Positions 18,071-28,516 are shown, counted from the stretch's first letter. The stretch is DNA of 64,000 nucleotides from Deltaproteobacteria bacterium (GCA_947475005.1 CANJLI010000003.1:32472-96471); one strand, 5' to 3'. Made by a program: numbers and translations. The notes: generated by a model not told the origin, from the letters alone.

Positions 18071-18604
18071 TTACAGCTCCAGCAAAGCCTTAACCGAATA
18101 ATCATGAAGAGTCTCTCTGCCGGGCAATCCTGCTAAGGCCAAGACCACAAGGATCTCCTCCACTTTAACCCCCAAGGCTTCCACCAAGGTAACCACCGCT
18201 TTTGCGGTTCCTCCTGTAGCCAACACATCATCCACAATCACCCATTTTTTTCCTGCATGGATGTCGGTTTTTTTCATCTCCAAACAATCGGTGCCATACT
18301 CCAATGTGTACTCACATTGCACCACAGGCGGTGGAATTTTCCCCTTCTTACAAGCAAGAAACAAAGGAAGATCCAATGCTTCTGCCAACAAAGTCCCCCA
18401 AAGAAATCCCCGGGAAGAGACTCCCACAATCCCATCGATAGAGCGGCCTTTGTACTGCTTTTGAAACTGAGCCTTCAATCGCTTACGCGCCAATGGGTCT
18501 GCAAGTAAGGGAGCGAGGGAATAAAAGAGTATCCCCTTTTTGGGAAAGTCTGGGCACACTTCAATATACTCTTGCATCCATGTGGAATCTACGTCTTGAG
18601 TCAT
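18071..18604 (-). CDS. apt: adenine phosphoribosyltransferase
   Basis: PRPP-binding motif VIVDDVLATGGTA. The ATG at 18604 (MTQDVD...) avoids overlap with the upstream gene; the longest ORF starts at 18658. Confidence 0.85.
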   Translation of the reverse strand: MTQDVDSTWMQEYIEVCPDFPKKGILFYSLAPLLADPLARKRLKAQFQKQYKGRSIDGIVGVSSRGFLWGTLLAEALDLPLFLACKKGKIPPPVVQCEYTLEYGTDCLEMKKTDIHAGKKWVIVDDVLATGGTAKAVVTLVEALGVKVEEILVVLALAGLPGRETLHDYSVKALLEL

Positions 18605-18620
18605 ACTGCCAATTACCTCG

Positions 18621-21029
18621 TTATAAAACCGCAGAAGGGGGACTCTTGTGCGTATCAAGTCTCCCTTCCCAATTGTCTACTTCATAGAGAAGATGTTGCC
18701 TATCTTTTCCAAACCAATTCACCTGATCGATGTTTTTTCTTTCAATCAGTTGTAAGGCAAAATGATTAAAAACCATCTCGTATTCTAAAATCTGAAGATC
18801 TTCCGGCAGTTCAGAGTGGATTTCCCAAATGGGAGAAAATTCCCCCAATAAGCTTCGAGTTCGACGAAGAATCGCCTCTTCCAACTGCGGCCCCGTTAAC
18901 AAAATAAAATGAGTCACAATGCCATGATGACGCTGATACTCCATATTTTGATAGGCTCCATGGGGAAATTCCATGTATTCCATAAACTGAACAGAACGAA
19001 TAAAAGCACCTTCCGTAAGTTTATAAACCAAATTGTGCAAAAAGCTAGTCAATGGATGACTGGCCAAAATCACAATCTGCGCAGAGCCATCTAACCCCTC
19101 GTAAAAAGAAGGAGTTGGTAGATGGTGCTGGGTATTCTGAAGTAGGGAAAGAGCCTTGCGCTCCTCGGAGGCGGAAAATGAAATTCCTGTAACCATCTGG
19201 TAAATCACCCCATACCCGGCAAGTGGCCCCACGGTACGAAGCAACGTGCGATATTCATCCTCCAGAGGGAAAGGAATAATCTGGGAGCCAGCCACTTGCA
19301 GCCGTCGCAGCACCTCTACTTTTTCCTCATTCGTATTTTGTTCCGTCACGGAAGTAAGGAGCGTCACATCTTCATACTTCCACATAAACAAAAGGCGCAA
19401 CACGATGGGAGAAAGCCCCTGGCTACTCACGATGAGCTTTACCGCACCTTCTTCCTTTCTCTGGCATGCTGTAATGGGTAGATAGTGAATTCGAATGTCT
19501 TTGTGATATCGATTTACCAAATGGACCAAGTAGCGAGCATGGGCCTCGGAGCTTCCTACACCAGTTACCCAGTAGCGATAGGCAGGATCAAACGAATAGG
19601 CAGGGGCAGTGGTTTCCAGCAAATAGTGCGGTGCATCGTGAATCCGTTGAGAGATCAGCTGATGGCCCCTCTCTTGGTCCTTTGGTTCCAAATCGATCCA
19701 TTCTACTACGTCCAGCTTCTCCTTCGACAAGGCTTTTGCTAAGGAAACACGAGAAGACCCACTGTACAACATCCGCATGGGTTGATCATGCAAGTGATGA
19801 TGCAACAATTGGGCTACAGCATCATAATCACGGCTGTCTGTTTTAATTCCACTGCGAAGTCCCCCCTCATTTTGATTCAAGATATAATTGCCAAGCCCTG
19901 CCCCTCGGCCATCTCGGTGGAGCAGCAGCAATGCACCAGAGTCATTCTTTACGATCTCTTCTATGCTTTGCTTATATTTTTCCTTGTAATGCTCCAATCC
20001 TCGCTTCAACGGAAATCGACCAAACAGAGATTCCGAATGCACCCGCACCAATGGGATTTTTTCCTTGTAATGCCCATAGGTCAACAACACAAAATCATAG
20101 TTCGAAGCCAAATCATAATACATATGTACTTGAAACCAGTATGGCTTCACTTCGATATCTGCCAAATCAAAAAATTGTACCAAAAATCGATCCCCATCGA
20201 TGTCATGAGAAATCGTATGAGCTACACCTTGCTCCCGAAATTCAAAGATCTCCTGCTGCGTGCACACCATCTTTCGATCCACGGGTTTAATCGGCAGATA
20301 ATAACTAGAGCAGTGTACAAAGCGAGAACAGTCAGGCAAGGAGTAGGGGGTAAATGGAGTTACTTTTTCAAATGGATATTTAAATCGAGGCTCTTTTTTC
20401 TTCGTCTTATAGAGCAAATGCCCCATTTCTTGCTTAGACAATAAATAGGACTGATTGAAAGGGCTTGGTGCTACCTCGATGGATTCCACGCGATCCAAAA
20501 CCAAACCTGCCTCGCGAAATCCATTTATTTTATCTGGATTATTTGTAAGCAAGACAAATGGTGTCTTTTCAATCTCCAACATATAGGCCACTTCTTTGAT
20601 GCTGGAATAATCTCGATAATCATCCTTCATCCCCAACATTTTATACGCATCAAACGTCGTGATTTGGTCATCCGAATGTTGCACCCACATGCAGGCCCGG
20701 GATTTTCCTACATACCCGCAACCACGACCTTCTTGAATCAAGTAAAACAACACCCCGTGTTTTTCTTCTGCGATTTTTTGCAACGCTCCCTCGAGCTGCA
20801 GTACGCAATCACAGTCTAAGCTCCGCAGGGTCTCCGAGGTTACGCAGCTCGAGTGAATACGCGTATATAAAAGGGGGTGTTGCAAATCTCCCTTGCAAAG
20901 GGCAATTATGTAGCCTTTGTGAATGAGATTTTGAAATGTATGCGCCGTAAAAACACCATACCGAGTCTCTACTGGCATAGACCCCACATAAAGGGTAATG
21001 CCAAATATCTTTTCTGTTCGCATATGCAT
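18621..21029 (-). CDS. multidomain protein: GTP cyclohydrolase II + degenerate GCH II-like domain + double SIS (sugar-phosphate isomerase) domain
   Basis: Residues ~10-190 have the RibA-type pattern, including zinc cysteines (RIHSSC...LDCDC) and EGRGCG. Residues ~295-445 repeat the fold (VRVHSES...DGRGAGLG) without the cysteines. Residues ~485-790 show SIS hallmarks (VTGVGSSEAHA, VSSQGLSP, EFPHGAYQ). Confidence 0.7.
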   Translation of the reverse strand: MHMRTEKIFGITLYVGSMPVETRYGVFTAHTFQNLIHKGYIIALCKGDLQHPLLYTRIHSSCVTSETLRSLDCDCVLQLEGALQKIAEEKHGVLFYLIQEGRGCGYVGKSRACMWVQHSDDQITTFDAYKMLGMKDDYRDYSSIKEVAYMLEIEKTPFVLLTNNPDKINGFREAGLVLDRVESIEVAPSPFNQSYLLSKQEMGHLLYKTKKKEPRFKYPFEKVTPFTPYSLPDCSRFVHCSSYYLPIKPVDRKMVCTQQEIFEFREQGVAHTISHDIDGDRFLVQFFDLADIEVKPYWFQVHMYYDLASNYDFVLLTYGHYKEKIPLVRVHSESLFGRFPLKRGLEHYKEKYKQSIEEIVKNDSGALLLLHRDGRGAGLGNYILNQNEGGLRSGIKTDSRDYDAVAQLLHHHLHDQPMRMLYSGSSRVSLAKALSKEKLDVVEWIDLEPKDQERGHQLISQRIHDAPHYLLETTAPAYSFDPAYRYWVTGVGSSEAHARYLVHLVNRYHKDIRIHYLPITACQRKEEGAVKLIVSSQGLSPIVLRLLFMWKYEDVTLLTSVTEQNTNEEKVEVLRRLQVAGSQIIPFPLEDEYRTLLRTVGPLAGYGVIYQMVTGISFSASEERKALSLLQNTQHHLPTPSFYEGLDGSAQIVILASHPLTSFLHNLVYKLTEGAFIRSVQFMEYMEFPHGAYQNMEYQRHHGIVTHFILLTGPQLEEAILRRTRSLLGEFSPIWEIHSELPEDLQILEYEMVFNHFALQLIERKNIDQVNWFGKDRQHLLYEVDNWEGRLDTHKSPPSAVL

Positions 21030-21102
21030 TCCTAGCTGTAATTGTTCTATTGATTACAGTAGGAGATACAAATAGAAAAAACGAGTAAAAAGGAGCGTTT
21101 CC

Positions 21103-22332
21103 ATGAAACCGATACAACGACATCTTCAACAACAACTCCAGGAAATCAAATCACAAGGGCTGTACAAAAAAGAACGAACTCTCACCTCGCCACAACGGGC
21201 GCAAATCGAATGCGAAGGCCGCACAGTGCTAAATCTTTGTGCCAACAACTATCTGGGTCTTGCCGATCATCCGCGTTTGATTGAAGCGGCCCAGCAAGCC
21301 TTACCGAAGTATGGATTTGGCATGGCTTCGGTTCGCTTCATCTGCGGAACCCAATCTGTACACCGAGAATTAGAGGCCCGCTTGAGTGCCTTTCTCGGAA
21401 TGGAGGATACGATCCTCTACAGTTCCTGCTTCGATGCCAATGGCGGACTCTTTGAAACTCTGTTGGGAGAAGAGGACGCAATCATCAGCGACGCCCTCAA
21501 CCATGCCAGTATCATCGATGGTATTCGCTTATGCAAAGCAGCGCGCTTTCGCTATGCCAACAACAACATGGCAGAGTTGGAGGCCCACCTCCAAGCATCG
21601 GCCTCTGCCCGTCATCGGCTCATCGTCACTGATGGCGTCTTTTCTATGGATGGATATATCGCAAACTTACCGCACATCTGTGATCTTGCAGAACGCTACG
21701 ATGCCATGGTGGTAGTGGATGATTCTCACGCAGTCGGATTTATGGGTGAGGGAGGGCGCGGTACTCACGACTACCACAAGGTGCTGGGGCGTGTAGATAT
21801 CTTGACTGGCACCTTGGGCAAAGCTCTCGGTGGTGCCTCAGGCGGATATATATCTGGGCCTAAAGAAGTTATTGAGTGGCTGCGACAGCGATCTCGGCCC
21901 TATCTTTTTTCCAACAGCCTCGCACCGATGATTGCGGCTACCACACTGAAAGTGTTAGACCTTTTAGAAGAATCGGATGCGCTGCGGACTCGCCTTCATG
22001 CAAACAGTCGATACTTTCGCGGCCACATGGAGGCGGCAGGGTTTACACTTCCGCCAGGCGATCATCCCATTATTCCGGTGATGATTGGGGACGCAGCTCT
22101 TGCTACCCAGATGGCCGATGAACTGCTGTGCGAAGGTCTCTACGTGGTTGGCTTTTCCTTTCCCGTGGTACCCAAGGGTCAAGCCCGCATTCGCACACAG
22201 ATGTCAGCGGCTCACACGCAAGCAGACTTGGACCACGCAATCGCATCCTTTATTAAAATTGGGAAAAAATTGGGGGTCCTACATGATGCACGCACTGGTA
22301 AAGAAGGAGGCAAAGCCGGGACTGTGGCTTGA
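21103..22332 (+). CDS. kbl: glycine C-acetyltransferase (2-amino-3-ketobutyrate CoA ligase)
   Basis: 409 aa with the PLP-lysine region [14 protein letters not shown], Kbl-like sequence throughout, and tdh following. Confidence 0.9.
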   Translation: MKPIQRHLQQQLQEIKSQGLYKKERTLTSPQRAQIECEGRTVLNLCANNYLGLADHPRLIEAAQQALPKYGFGMASVRFICGTQSVHRELEARLSAFLGMEDTILYSSCFDANGGLFETLLGEEDAIISDALNHASIIDGIRLCKAARFRYANNNMAELEAHLQASASARHRLIVTDGVFSMDGYIANLPHICDLAERYDAMVVVDDSHAVGFMGEGGRGTHDYHKVLGRVDILTGTLGKALGGASGGYISGPKEVIEWLRQRSRPYLFSNSLAPMIAATTLKVLDLLEESDALRTRLHANSRYFRGHMEAAGFTLPPGDHPIIPVMIGDAALATQMADELLCEGLYVVGFSFPVVPKGQARIRTQMSAAHTQADLDHAIASFIKIGKKLGVLHDARTGKEGGKAGTVA

Positions 22333-23314
22333 AAAGAGAGAGGAACCCAAAGTTGGGCCGGGAGAAATCAAGATCCGCGTCCATAAAGCTGCCATCTGTG
22401 GCACTGATCTCCATATCTACAAGTGGGATGAGTGGGCGCAGCGCACCATCCACCCCCCGCTCATCATAGGCCACGAATTCATGGGCACCGTGGTAGAAGT
22501 AGGACCCGGAATTCAATGCCCCGTTGCAGTAGGAGATCGTGTCTCCTGCGAAGGCCACATTACTTGCGGTGCTTGTCGAAACTGCCGCGCAGGCAAACGC
22601 CATCTATGTCGCTTGACCCTCGGCACAGGGGTAAACCGTAACGGCGCCTTTGCTGAGTATGTGGTGATGCCAGCTTTCAATGCCTTTCGATTGCCAGATT
22701 CCATTCCCGATGAGCTGGGCGCCATCTTCGATCCCTATGGCAATGCAGTGCATACCGCTCTTTCCTATGATCTGGTAGGGGAAGACGTGCTCATCACAGG
22801 GGCTGGGCCCGTGGGTATTATGGCTGCAGCTGTAGCTAAACACGTGGGTGCACGCAATGTGGTGATCACCGATCCCAACGAATCTCGACTCGCACTCGCT
22901 CGTAAAATGGGTGCTACCTATACCGTGAATCCCATGAAGACCCAGCTTGAAACCGTGATGGAAGAACTTGGTATGACAGAGGGCTTCGACGTAGGATTGG
23001 AGATGTCAGGTAATTCTACAGCCTTTGCTTCTATGCTTCACGCCATGAATCACGGGGGCAAGGTGGTGCTCCTCGGGATTTTGAGCAAGGAAACCTTGAT
23101 CGATTGGGATCAAATTATTTTCAAAGGACTCTTTCTCAAAGGTATCTACGGAAGAGAGATGTTTGAAACTTGGTACAAGATGGCAGCTCTGCTGCAAAGT
23201 GGACTCGATATCCGTCCCATCATTACCCACCAGTTTCACTATGAGGAATTTGAGAAAGGCTTTGCTCTCCTTCAAAGTGGAGAGGCATCGAAGATTGTGT
23301 TGGATTTTTTATAA
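22283..23314 (+). CDS. tdh: L-threonine 3-dehydrogenase
   Basis: The zinc-ADH pattern ([22 protein letters not shown]) fits Tdh. The ATG at 22283 gives 343 aa; the track ORF from 22085 is an upstream extension overlapping kbl. Confidence 0.9.
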   Translation: MMHALVKKEAKPGLWLEKREEPKVGPGEIKIRVHKAAICGTDLHIYKWDEWAQRTIHPPLIIGHEFMGTVVEVGPGIQCPVAVGDRVSCEGHITCGACRNCRAGKRHLCRLTLGTGVNRNGAFAEYVVMPAFNAFRLPDSIPDELGAIFDPYGNAVHTALSYDLVGEDVLITGAGPVGIMAAAVAKHVGARNVVITDPNESRLALARKMGATYTVNPMKTQLETVMEELGMTEGFDVGLEMSGNSTAFASMLHAMNHGGKVVLLGILSKETLIDWDQIIFKGLFLKGIYGREMFETWYKMAALLQSGLDIRPIITHQFHYEEFEKGFALLQSGEASKIVLDFL

Positions 23315-23320
23315 GAGCAG

Positions 23321-23600
23321 AAGGGGACACCCGCGAATGATGTGAGATCGGGTGAGATCGGGGACAGTTACCGAATTATTTGAGATCGGGGACAGTTACC
23401 GAATTATTGGAGCGGGGGGCATCCCCCGCTCCAATAATTCGGTAACTGTCCCCGATCTCACCGATCTCACGATCTCATATGGGATCTCGACAAAAACGCA
23501 GAGATCCCATACGGCCCCTCCGGGACCTTGGGATGACGGAGGGGGGCTCCCCCTCCAATAATTCGGTAGGTGGACCCGATCTCCGATCTCACAGGATGAC
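23321..23600. repeat. composite repeat cluster (REP fragment, direct repeats, long perfect hairpin, truncated cloverleaf repeat)
   Basis: GAGATCGGGGACAGTTACCGAATTATT occurs twice. A hairpin at 23382-23459 has ~37-bp arms. A truncated CGTCATCCCAAGG-family copy lies at 23476-23543, and CCAATAATTCGGTA recurs at ~23555. Confidence 0.8.
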
Positions 23601-23605
23601 GGAAC

Positions 23606-24037
23606 TTACAGCGCAGTACTTTGGGCCCAATCTTGCTCTTCTTGTATGGTGGCAGGCCGAAATGCTTTTGCTGGGAAAAAAGACAAGCTGCCAACCTTTC
23701 TCCCCCTATCCATAATAGGACGAATTCCTTCTTGCTCTCTTTCGTGTATCCTCCAAGGTGTGAAAGGTTTGGCTTCCGATGCAGCAATCATGGTGCCTAC
23801 TTCTTTTTCCCAACGCTCTTGATCTGCAGCGCAAACCTCTCCCCGATCCACTATACGATCCACTATAAATCGCACCTTATAATGGCCGATTTTCATCTTT
23901 GTTGTCTGATCATAAATGGTCACTGTCCTATGTTCTTTCAACTCCGTCAATTCCTTCTGAGTCAAGGAAAAAGCAAATGCGGAAGAAAGCGTTATTGCCA
24001 ACGCAATAGAAGACATCAGCAAACCGGTTCGTTTCAT
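23606..24037 (-). CDS. hypothetical secreted protein (paralog of 24203..25009 N-terminal part)
   Basis: 143-aa ORF. The signal peptide MKRTGLLMSSIALAITLSSAFA is nearly identical to that of the neighbouring gene. Confidence 0.5.
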   Translation of the reverse strand: MKRTGLLMSSIALAITLSSAFAFSLTQKELTELKEHRTVTIYDQTTKMKIGHYKVRFIVDRIVDRGEVCAADQERWEKEVGTMIAASEAKPFTPWRIHEREQEGIRPIMDRGRKVGSLSFFPAKAFRPATIQEEQDWAQSTAL

Positions 24038-24202
24038 GCTACCCTCATTTTAATTTATGCAATGGATCTATGAATAAACGGTAGCGAAAAGAATGGAGAT
24101 ATGGGAAATGGTTTTTTGTGGGAGGAAAAGATTTTATACAGAGATATGAGGCTAAAGGTATGCAGCCATACGGATGCATAGCTGCAAGGCTCCTGCAGAG
24201 GA

Positions 24203-25009
24203 CTACTCAGTTATTTCGAGCTTTTCAAGCGTAGCTTCAGCGCGCACAAGATCTGCGTCGTGGGCCGCTTCGTCATGTGCAGAACCTTCGTCATGAGAAG
24301 AAGCTGCATGTGAGGACGCTGGCATATGTTCAGGCACAAAAGTAACAAACATGTCCCCATGTCCAGTGGGTTCATGGCTATTTGCTGTTGCAGCCCATGC
24401 AGCCCCATTCCATGTGAATCTTGCAACTGGCCATAATGTACCCGCTGCAATGGCTTCCGTTGCCGCAGCAATAGGTCGGTACAAAATCGTGCCTGTCGGG
24501 GCAACAACTGTATAGATTACGCCAACTGTCCCTTCTCCAATGGTTCTAAATACATCTCCTATTACCTTCCCGCTGAATTTAATGGCATTAAATGCCACGC
24601 GAGCTAGATGGCCAAATTGTCCTTTGGCTTTTCGATCCAATTCGATCATTTCTTTAAATTGGGTTGGAATCGCACCAACTCCATTGGTTACCCCGTCTTT
24701 CATGACGGAAATTCCGTCTTTAAAACGTCGGTACACCTTGTCTTTCCAGAAATCTTCTCTAATCAATTCGTCCATTAACTTTCCAGCAGCGATCCAATGA
24801 TTGCCGCCGTCTTTCACAATGTTTTCTTGACCAGGCATAAAACTGATTTCATAGTGACCCGTTTTTTGTCCCGTTGCTTTATCATAAACGGTAACGGTCC
24901 CATGTCTTCGAAGTTCTTGAGACTGCTCATGAGTCAAGGAAAAAGCAGAGACAGAAGAAATCGTTGCAGCCAATGCAATAGAAGACATCAACAAACCAGT
25001 TCGTTTCAT
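24203..25009 (-). CDS. hypothetical secreted protein with His/Asp-rich C-terminal tail
   Basis: 268-aa ORF with signal peptide MKRTGLLMSSIALAATISSVSA and a C-terminal HAASSHDEGSAHDEAAHD stretch. Confidence 0.55.
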   Translation of the reverse strand: MKRTGLLMSSIALAATISSVSAFSLTHEQSQELRRHGTVTVYDKATGQKTGHYEISFMPGQENIVKDGGNHWIAAGKLMDELIREDFWKDKVYRRFKDGISVMKDGVTNGVGAIPTQFKEMIELDRKAKGQFGHLARVAFNAIKFSGKVIGDVFRTIGEGTVGVIYTVVAPTGTILYRPIAAATEAIAAGTLWPVARFTWNGAAWAATANSHEPTGHGDMFVTFVPEHMPASSHAASSHDEGSAHDEAAHDADLVRAEATLEKLEITE

Positions 25010-25117
25010 ACTACCCTCATTTTTTTGTAAAAAATCAATGGGCAGACGGTAACGAAAAGAATGAAAATACGGGAAACGGTTTTTTAGTGGGTCAAAATAT
25101 TTTGTACAGAGATATGA

Positions 25118-26680
25118 TTATAAAGGTATGTTGCCATGCTTACGAATAGGAGGCGTTACTGTTTTATCTGCACACACATGCAGTCCTTCAATCAAATACC
25201 TGCGGGTTTCTTCTGGAAAAATCACAGCATCTAGAAATCCTTTTGCAGCAGCGATATAGGGATTTTCAAATTTAACCGCGTAGGCAGCGGTCATTTCTTT
25301 TTCTTTTTCTTTCGGATCTTCAGCAGATTGGATCTCACTACGAAAGATAATTTTGGCAGCTCCCTGTGCGCCCATTACCGCAATCTCTGCACTGGGCCAT
25401 GCCAGGTTGAGATCAGCTCCGATGTGTTTGGAGTTCATCACATCATAGGCGCCTCCATAAGCTTTTCTCGTAATTACGGTAAAGCGAGGGACCGTACTTT
25501 CGCAAAACGCATAGAGTAATTTCGCTCCATGTCGAATGATGCCCCCTCGCTCTTGATCACTGCCTGGCAAAAATCCTGGTACATCTACAAACGTAACCAA
25601 AGGGATTTGAAAGGCATCACAGAATCGCACAAAACGAGCACCTTTTACAGAAGCTTCAACATCTAATACTCCTGCCAGTTGCTCTGGATTGTTGGCAATG
25701 ATACCGACGGTTTTTCCCTCGAGGCGTGCCCATCCCACGATCAAGTTGCCCGCGATCTCAGGTTTCATTTCCCAAAAAGATTCAGGATCAAAAACCGCTT
25801 CGATGACCTTATGCATGGAGTAAGGAGAGGTGCGGTTGTCTGGCATAATCCCGTTAAGAATGCGCTGACGCTCCACTACAACGGTTTCATCCAATGGCAC
25901 AAAAACTGTAGGTTCAGGGGATACATACTCACACCACTTGCGAGCTGCTTGCAGAGCTGATATCTCATCGGGAAAACGCAAATCCACCACCCCACTCTCT
26001 TGAGTATGGGTCATGGAGCCTCCAAGGTCTTCGAAGGAAATTACTTCCCCCGTTACTGTTTGGATGACATCTGGTCCTGTAATAAACATATGACTGGTGT
26101 GATCCACCATAAAGATAAAATCCGTGAGCGCAGGAGAGTATACAGCTCCCCCTGCGCAAGGTCCCATCACAAGAGAGAGCTGAGGGATCACTCCACTGGC
26201 TTGTACATTGAGATAGAACAAATCGGCATAGCCACCGAGACTCACCACTCCTTCATGGATACGAGCCCCTCCAGAATCACTAAGACCGATAATGGGACAT
26301 CGATTTTGGATAGCCATCTTGTAGGTTTTACAAATCTTCTTGGCATGGGCTGCGGAGAGGCTTCCCCCGAGCACAGTAAAATCTTGAGCAAACAAGTAGA
26401 CCCGACGCCCCTCAATCTGCCCCCACCCCGTAATAACCCCATCCCCTAGAAAGCGACGATTCTCCATGCCAAAATCTTGGCAATCGTGTTCCACAAAGGC
26501 ATCGATTTCAAAGAACGTACCCGCATCGCACAGCAAGTGAATACGTTCTCTTGCTGTTAGCTTTCCTTGCTTGTGCTGATGGGCAATGCGAGAAAGCCCC
26601 CCAGCTTCCTGCAGTTTTTCTCGCTTCTGCTGCAACAGATCAAAATCAGCGGTAACCCCCATGGACGACTCCTTTTGCAA
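25118..26680 (-). CDS. acyl-CoA carboxylase carboxyltransferase (beta) subunit, propionyl-CoA carboxylase type
   Basis: 520 aa with two crotonase-like carboxyltransferase halves. PccB/methylmalonyl-CoA carboxyltransferase-like sequence throughout. Confidence 0.9.
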   Translation of the reverse strand: MQKESSMGVTADFDLLQQKREKLQEAGGLSRIAHQHKQGKLTARERIHLLCDAGTFFEIDAFVEHDCQDFGMENRRFLGDGVITGWGQIEGRRVYLFAQDFTVLGGSLSAAHAKKICKTYKMAIQNRCPIIGLSDSGGARIHEGVVSLGGYADLFYLNVQASGVIPQLSLVMGPCAGGAVYSPALTDFIFMVDHTSHMFITGPDVIQTVTGEVISFEDLGGSMTHTQESGVVDLRFPDEISALQAARKWCEYVSPEPTVFVPLDETVVVERQRILNGIMPDNRTSPYSMHKVIEAVFDPESFWEMKPEIAGNLIVGWARLEGKTVGIIANNPEQLAGVLDVEASVKGARFVRFCDAFQIPLVTFVDVPGFLPGSDQERGGIIRHGAKLLYAFCESTVPRFTVITRKAYGGAYDVMNSKHIGADLNLAWPSAEIAVMGAQGAAKIIFRSEIQSAEDPKEKEKEMTAAYAVKFENPYIAAAKGFLDAVIFPEETRRYLIEGLHVCADKTVTPPIRKHGNIPL

Positions 26681-28423
26681 TCAAGAAAAAACCAAGGATC
26701 CAATAAATGCTTTTTCAATCAGCTGGGCACATAGCTCCACCTCTTTCTTGGAGGCTCGCAAATTGGCTGTTGTAAGATGTTCAGCCGCTTTTTTCGCGGA
26801 CAAATAAATTTTAATCTTGGGCTCTGTACCTGAGGGACGTAAGCTCACCTTGCTTCCATCTTCCAATACGAATTGCAATACATTGGAGGGAGGTAAGTCT
26901 TTGTGAGGTTGCAAATAATCCCTGATTTCCTTCACGCAAACACCAGATAACTCAGTCGGAGGATGTTTTCGCATTTGTGTCATGGCATAGGCAATTTGCT
27001 GGGCCCCCTCTTTGCCTTCTCGCGTGAAGGTAGAAAGCGTTTCATGATACAGGCCGTGCTGCAAATACAAAGCATCCAAAGCTTCCATCACCGAATGCCC
27101 TTGAGACCGATATTCTGCAGCCAGTTGGGCAAACAACATGCAGCTGAGCACTGCATCCTTATCTCGTACAAAATGACCGGCAAGAAATCCGAAACTTTCC
27201 TCCCCTCCACATACAAACTCTCGATATGGAAGGCGAACCCCCGACTCATAGGCTTCGATGCGATCTCCAATCCATTTAAACCCCGTAAGCGTCTCCTCCC
27301 AGTGCACCCCATGATGGGTGGCAATGTCCTTTTGAAGATCGGAAGAGACAATAGTGGTGATCATAAGTCCATGAGGGGATAGTGCATTTTTTTTCTTCAA
27401 ACTGGTTAGCACATAATCGGTTAATAATGCTCCGATTTGATTCCCATTTAATCGGATATATACATCTGCGTCTCTTGCCAAAACCCCGATACGATCACTG
27501 TCGGGATCGGTAGCAAAAGCCAGATCGGCTCGCTCTTTTTGTGCAAGCTTCAAGGCATATTCCCAAGCAGAAGGTTCCTCCGGATTGGGGGAGGTAATCG
27601 TTGGAAAATTACCATCGGGTGTTGCCTGCTCTTGCACTACATGGACCTGGGTAAATCCCGCTCGCTTCAGGGCCTCTGGCACTACGTAGATTCCGGTCCC
27701 ATGCAAGGACGTGTACACGATGGAGGTAGAAGCAGTATCCCCCTGAAAGAAATGATAGGCTTTCATTTTTTCAAAATAAGCTTCATCCAACTCCGATCGA
27801 ACGATGCGAATGGAGCCAGCTTGTCGTGCCTTTTCAAAGTCGGTATAGGCCAATGCCCCATAATCCGTAAGCGATTCATACCGATCTATCAAATTTTGAT
27901 CGTGAGGCGGTGTCAATTGAGCGCCGTCTTTCCAATATACCTTGTACCCGTTATATGCAGGAGGGTTGTGGCTGGCTGTAATGCAAATCCCGGCTTGGCA
28001 CCCAAAGTGACGTACCATGAAAGACAAAAGAGGCACCGGACGCATCTCTCCCGTGATCAATACTTGAATACCGTGATGCACCAAGACCTCTGCAGCTGCA
28101 TGGGCAAAAAAGTCAGAGCGATTGCGGGAATCATAGGAAATAGCTACTGACAGTGATTCATTGGGGGAGCATTCTTTTATATACAAAGCCAATGCAGTGG
28201 TGGCTTTTCGAATGTTGTATACGTTCATATAGGCAGTGCCTGCCCCCATAATGCCACGCAGTCCTCCCGTACCCAGCTCTAAATTTCGATAAAACCGATC
28301 TGTGAGGGCCTTATGATCGTTGGCTTCTAAGAGACGAGCCACCTCACTGCGTGTACCTACATCAAAGACAGGAGACGAGGCCCACTCGGTAGCCTGTTGC
28401 AAGACAAATGGATCGAGTTTCAT
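26681..28423 (-). CDS. phosphoglucomutase/phosphomannomutase family protein (long form)
   Basis: 580 aa with the active-site serine loop TASHNPPAYNGYK and a sugar-phosphate mutase four-domain layout. Confidence 0.9.
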   Translation of the reverse strand: MKLDPFVLQQATEWASSPVFDVGTRSEVARLLEANDHKALTDRFYRNLELGTGGLRGIMGAGTAYMNVYNIRKATTALALYIKECSPNESLSVAISYDSRNRSDFFAHAAAEVLVHHGIQVLITGEMRPVPLLSFMVRHFGCQAGICITASHNPPAYNGYKVYWKDGAQLTPPHDQNLIDRYESLTDYGALAYTDFEKARQAGSIRIVRSELDEAYFEKMKAYHFFQGDTASTSIVYTSLHGTGIYVVPEALKRAGFTQVHVVQEQATPDGNFPTITSPNPEEPSAWEYALKLAQKERADLAFATDPDSDRIGVLARDADVYIRLNGNQIGALLTDYVLTSLKKKNALSPHGLMITTIVSSDLQKDIATHHGVHWEETLTGFKWIGDRIEAYESGVRLPYREFVCGGEESFGFLAGHFVRDKDAVLSCMLFAQLAAEYRSQGHSVMEALDALYLQHGLYHETLSTFTREGKEGAQQIAYAMTQMRKHPPTELSGVCVKEIRDYLQPHKDLPPSNVLQFVLEDGSKVSLRPSGTEPKIKIYLSAKKAAEHLTTANLRASKKEVELCAQLIEKAFIGSLVFS

Positions 28424-28516
28424 ATTGTTTCTCTGGGAGACTTTTATCTGTGGAAAACCAATGGTATACTGAAGGAAAATAGATCATGCCCCACTAGAAA
28501 TCAACATGAGGTTTTC

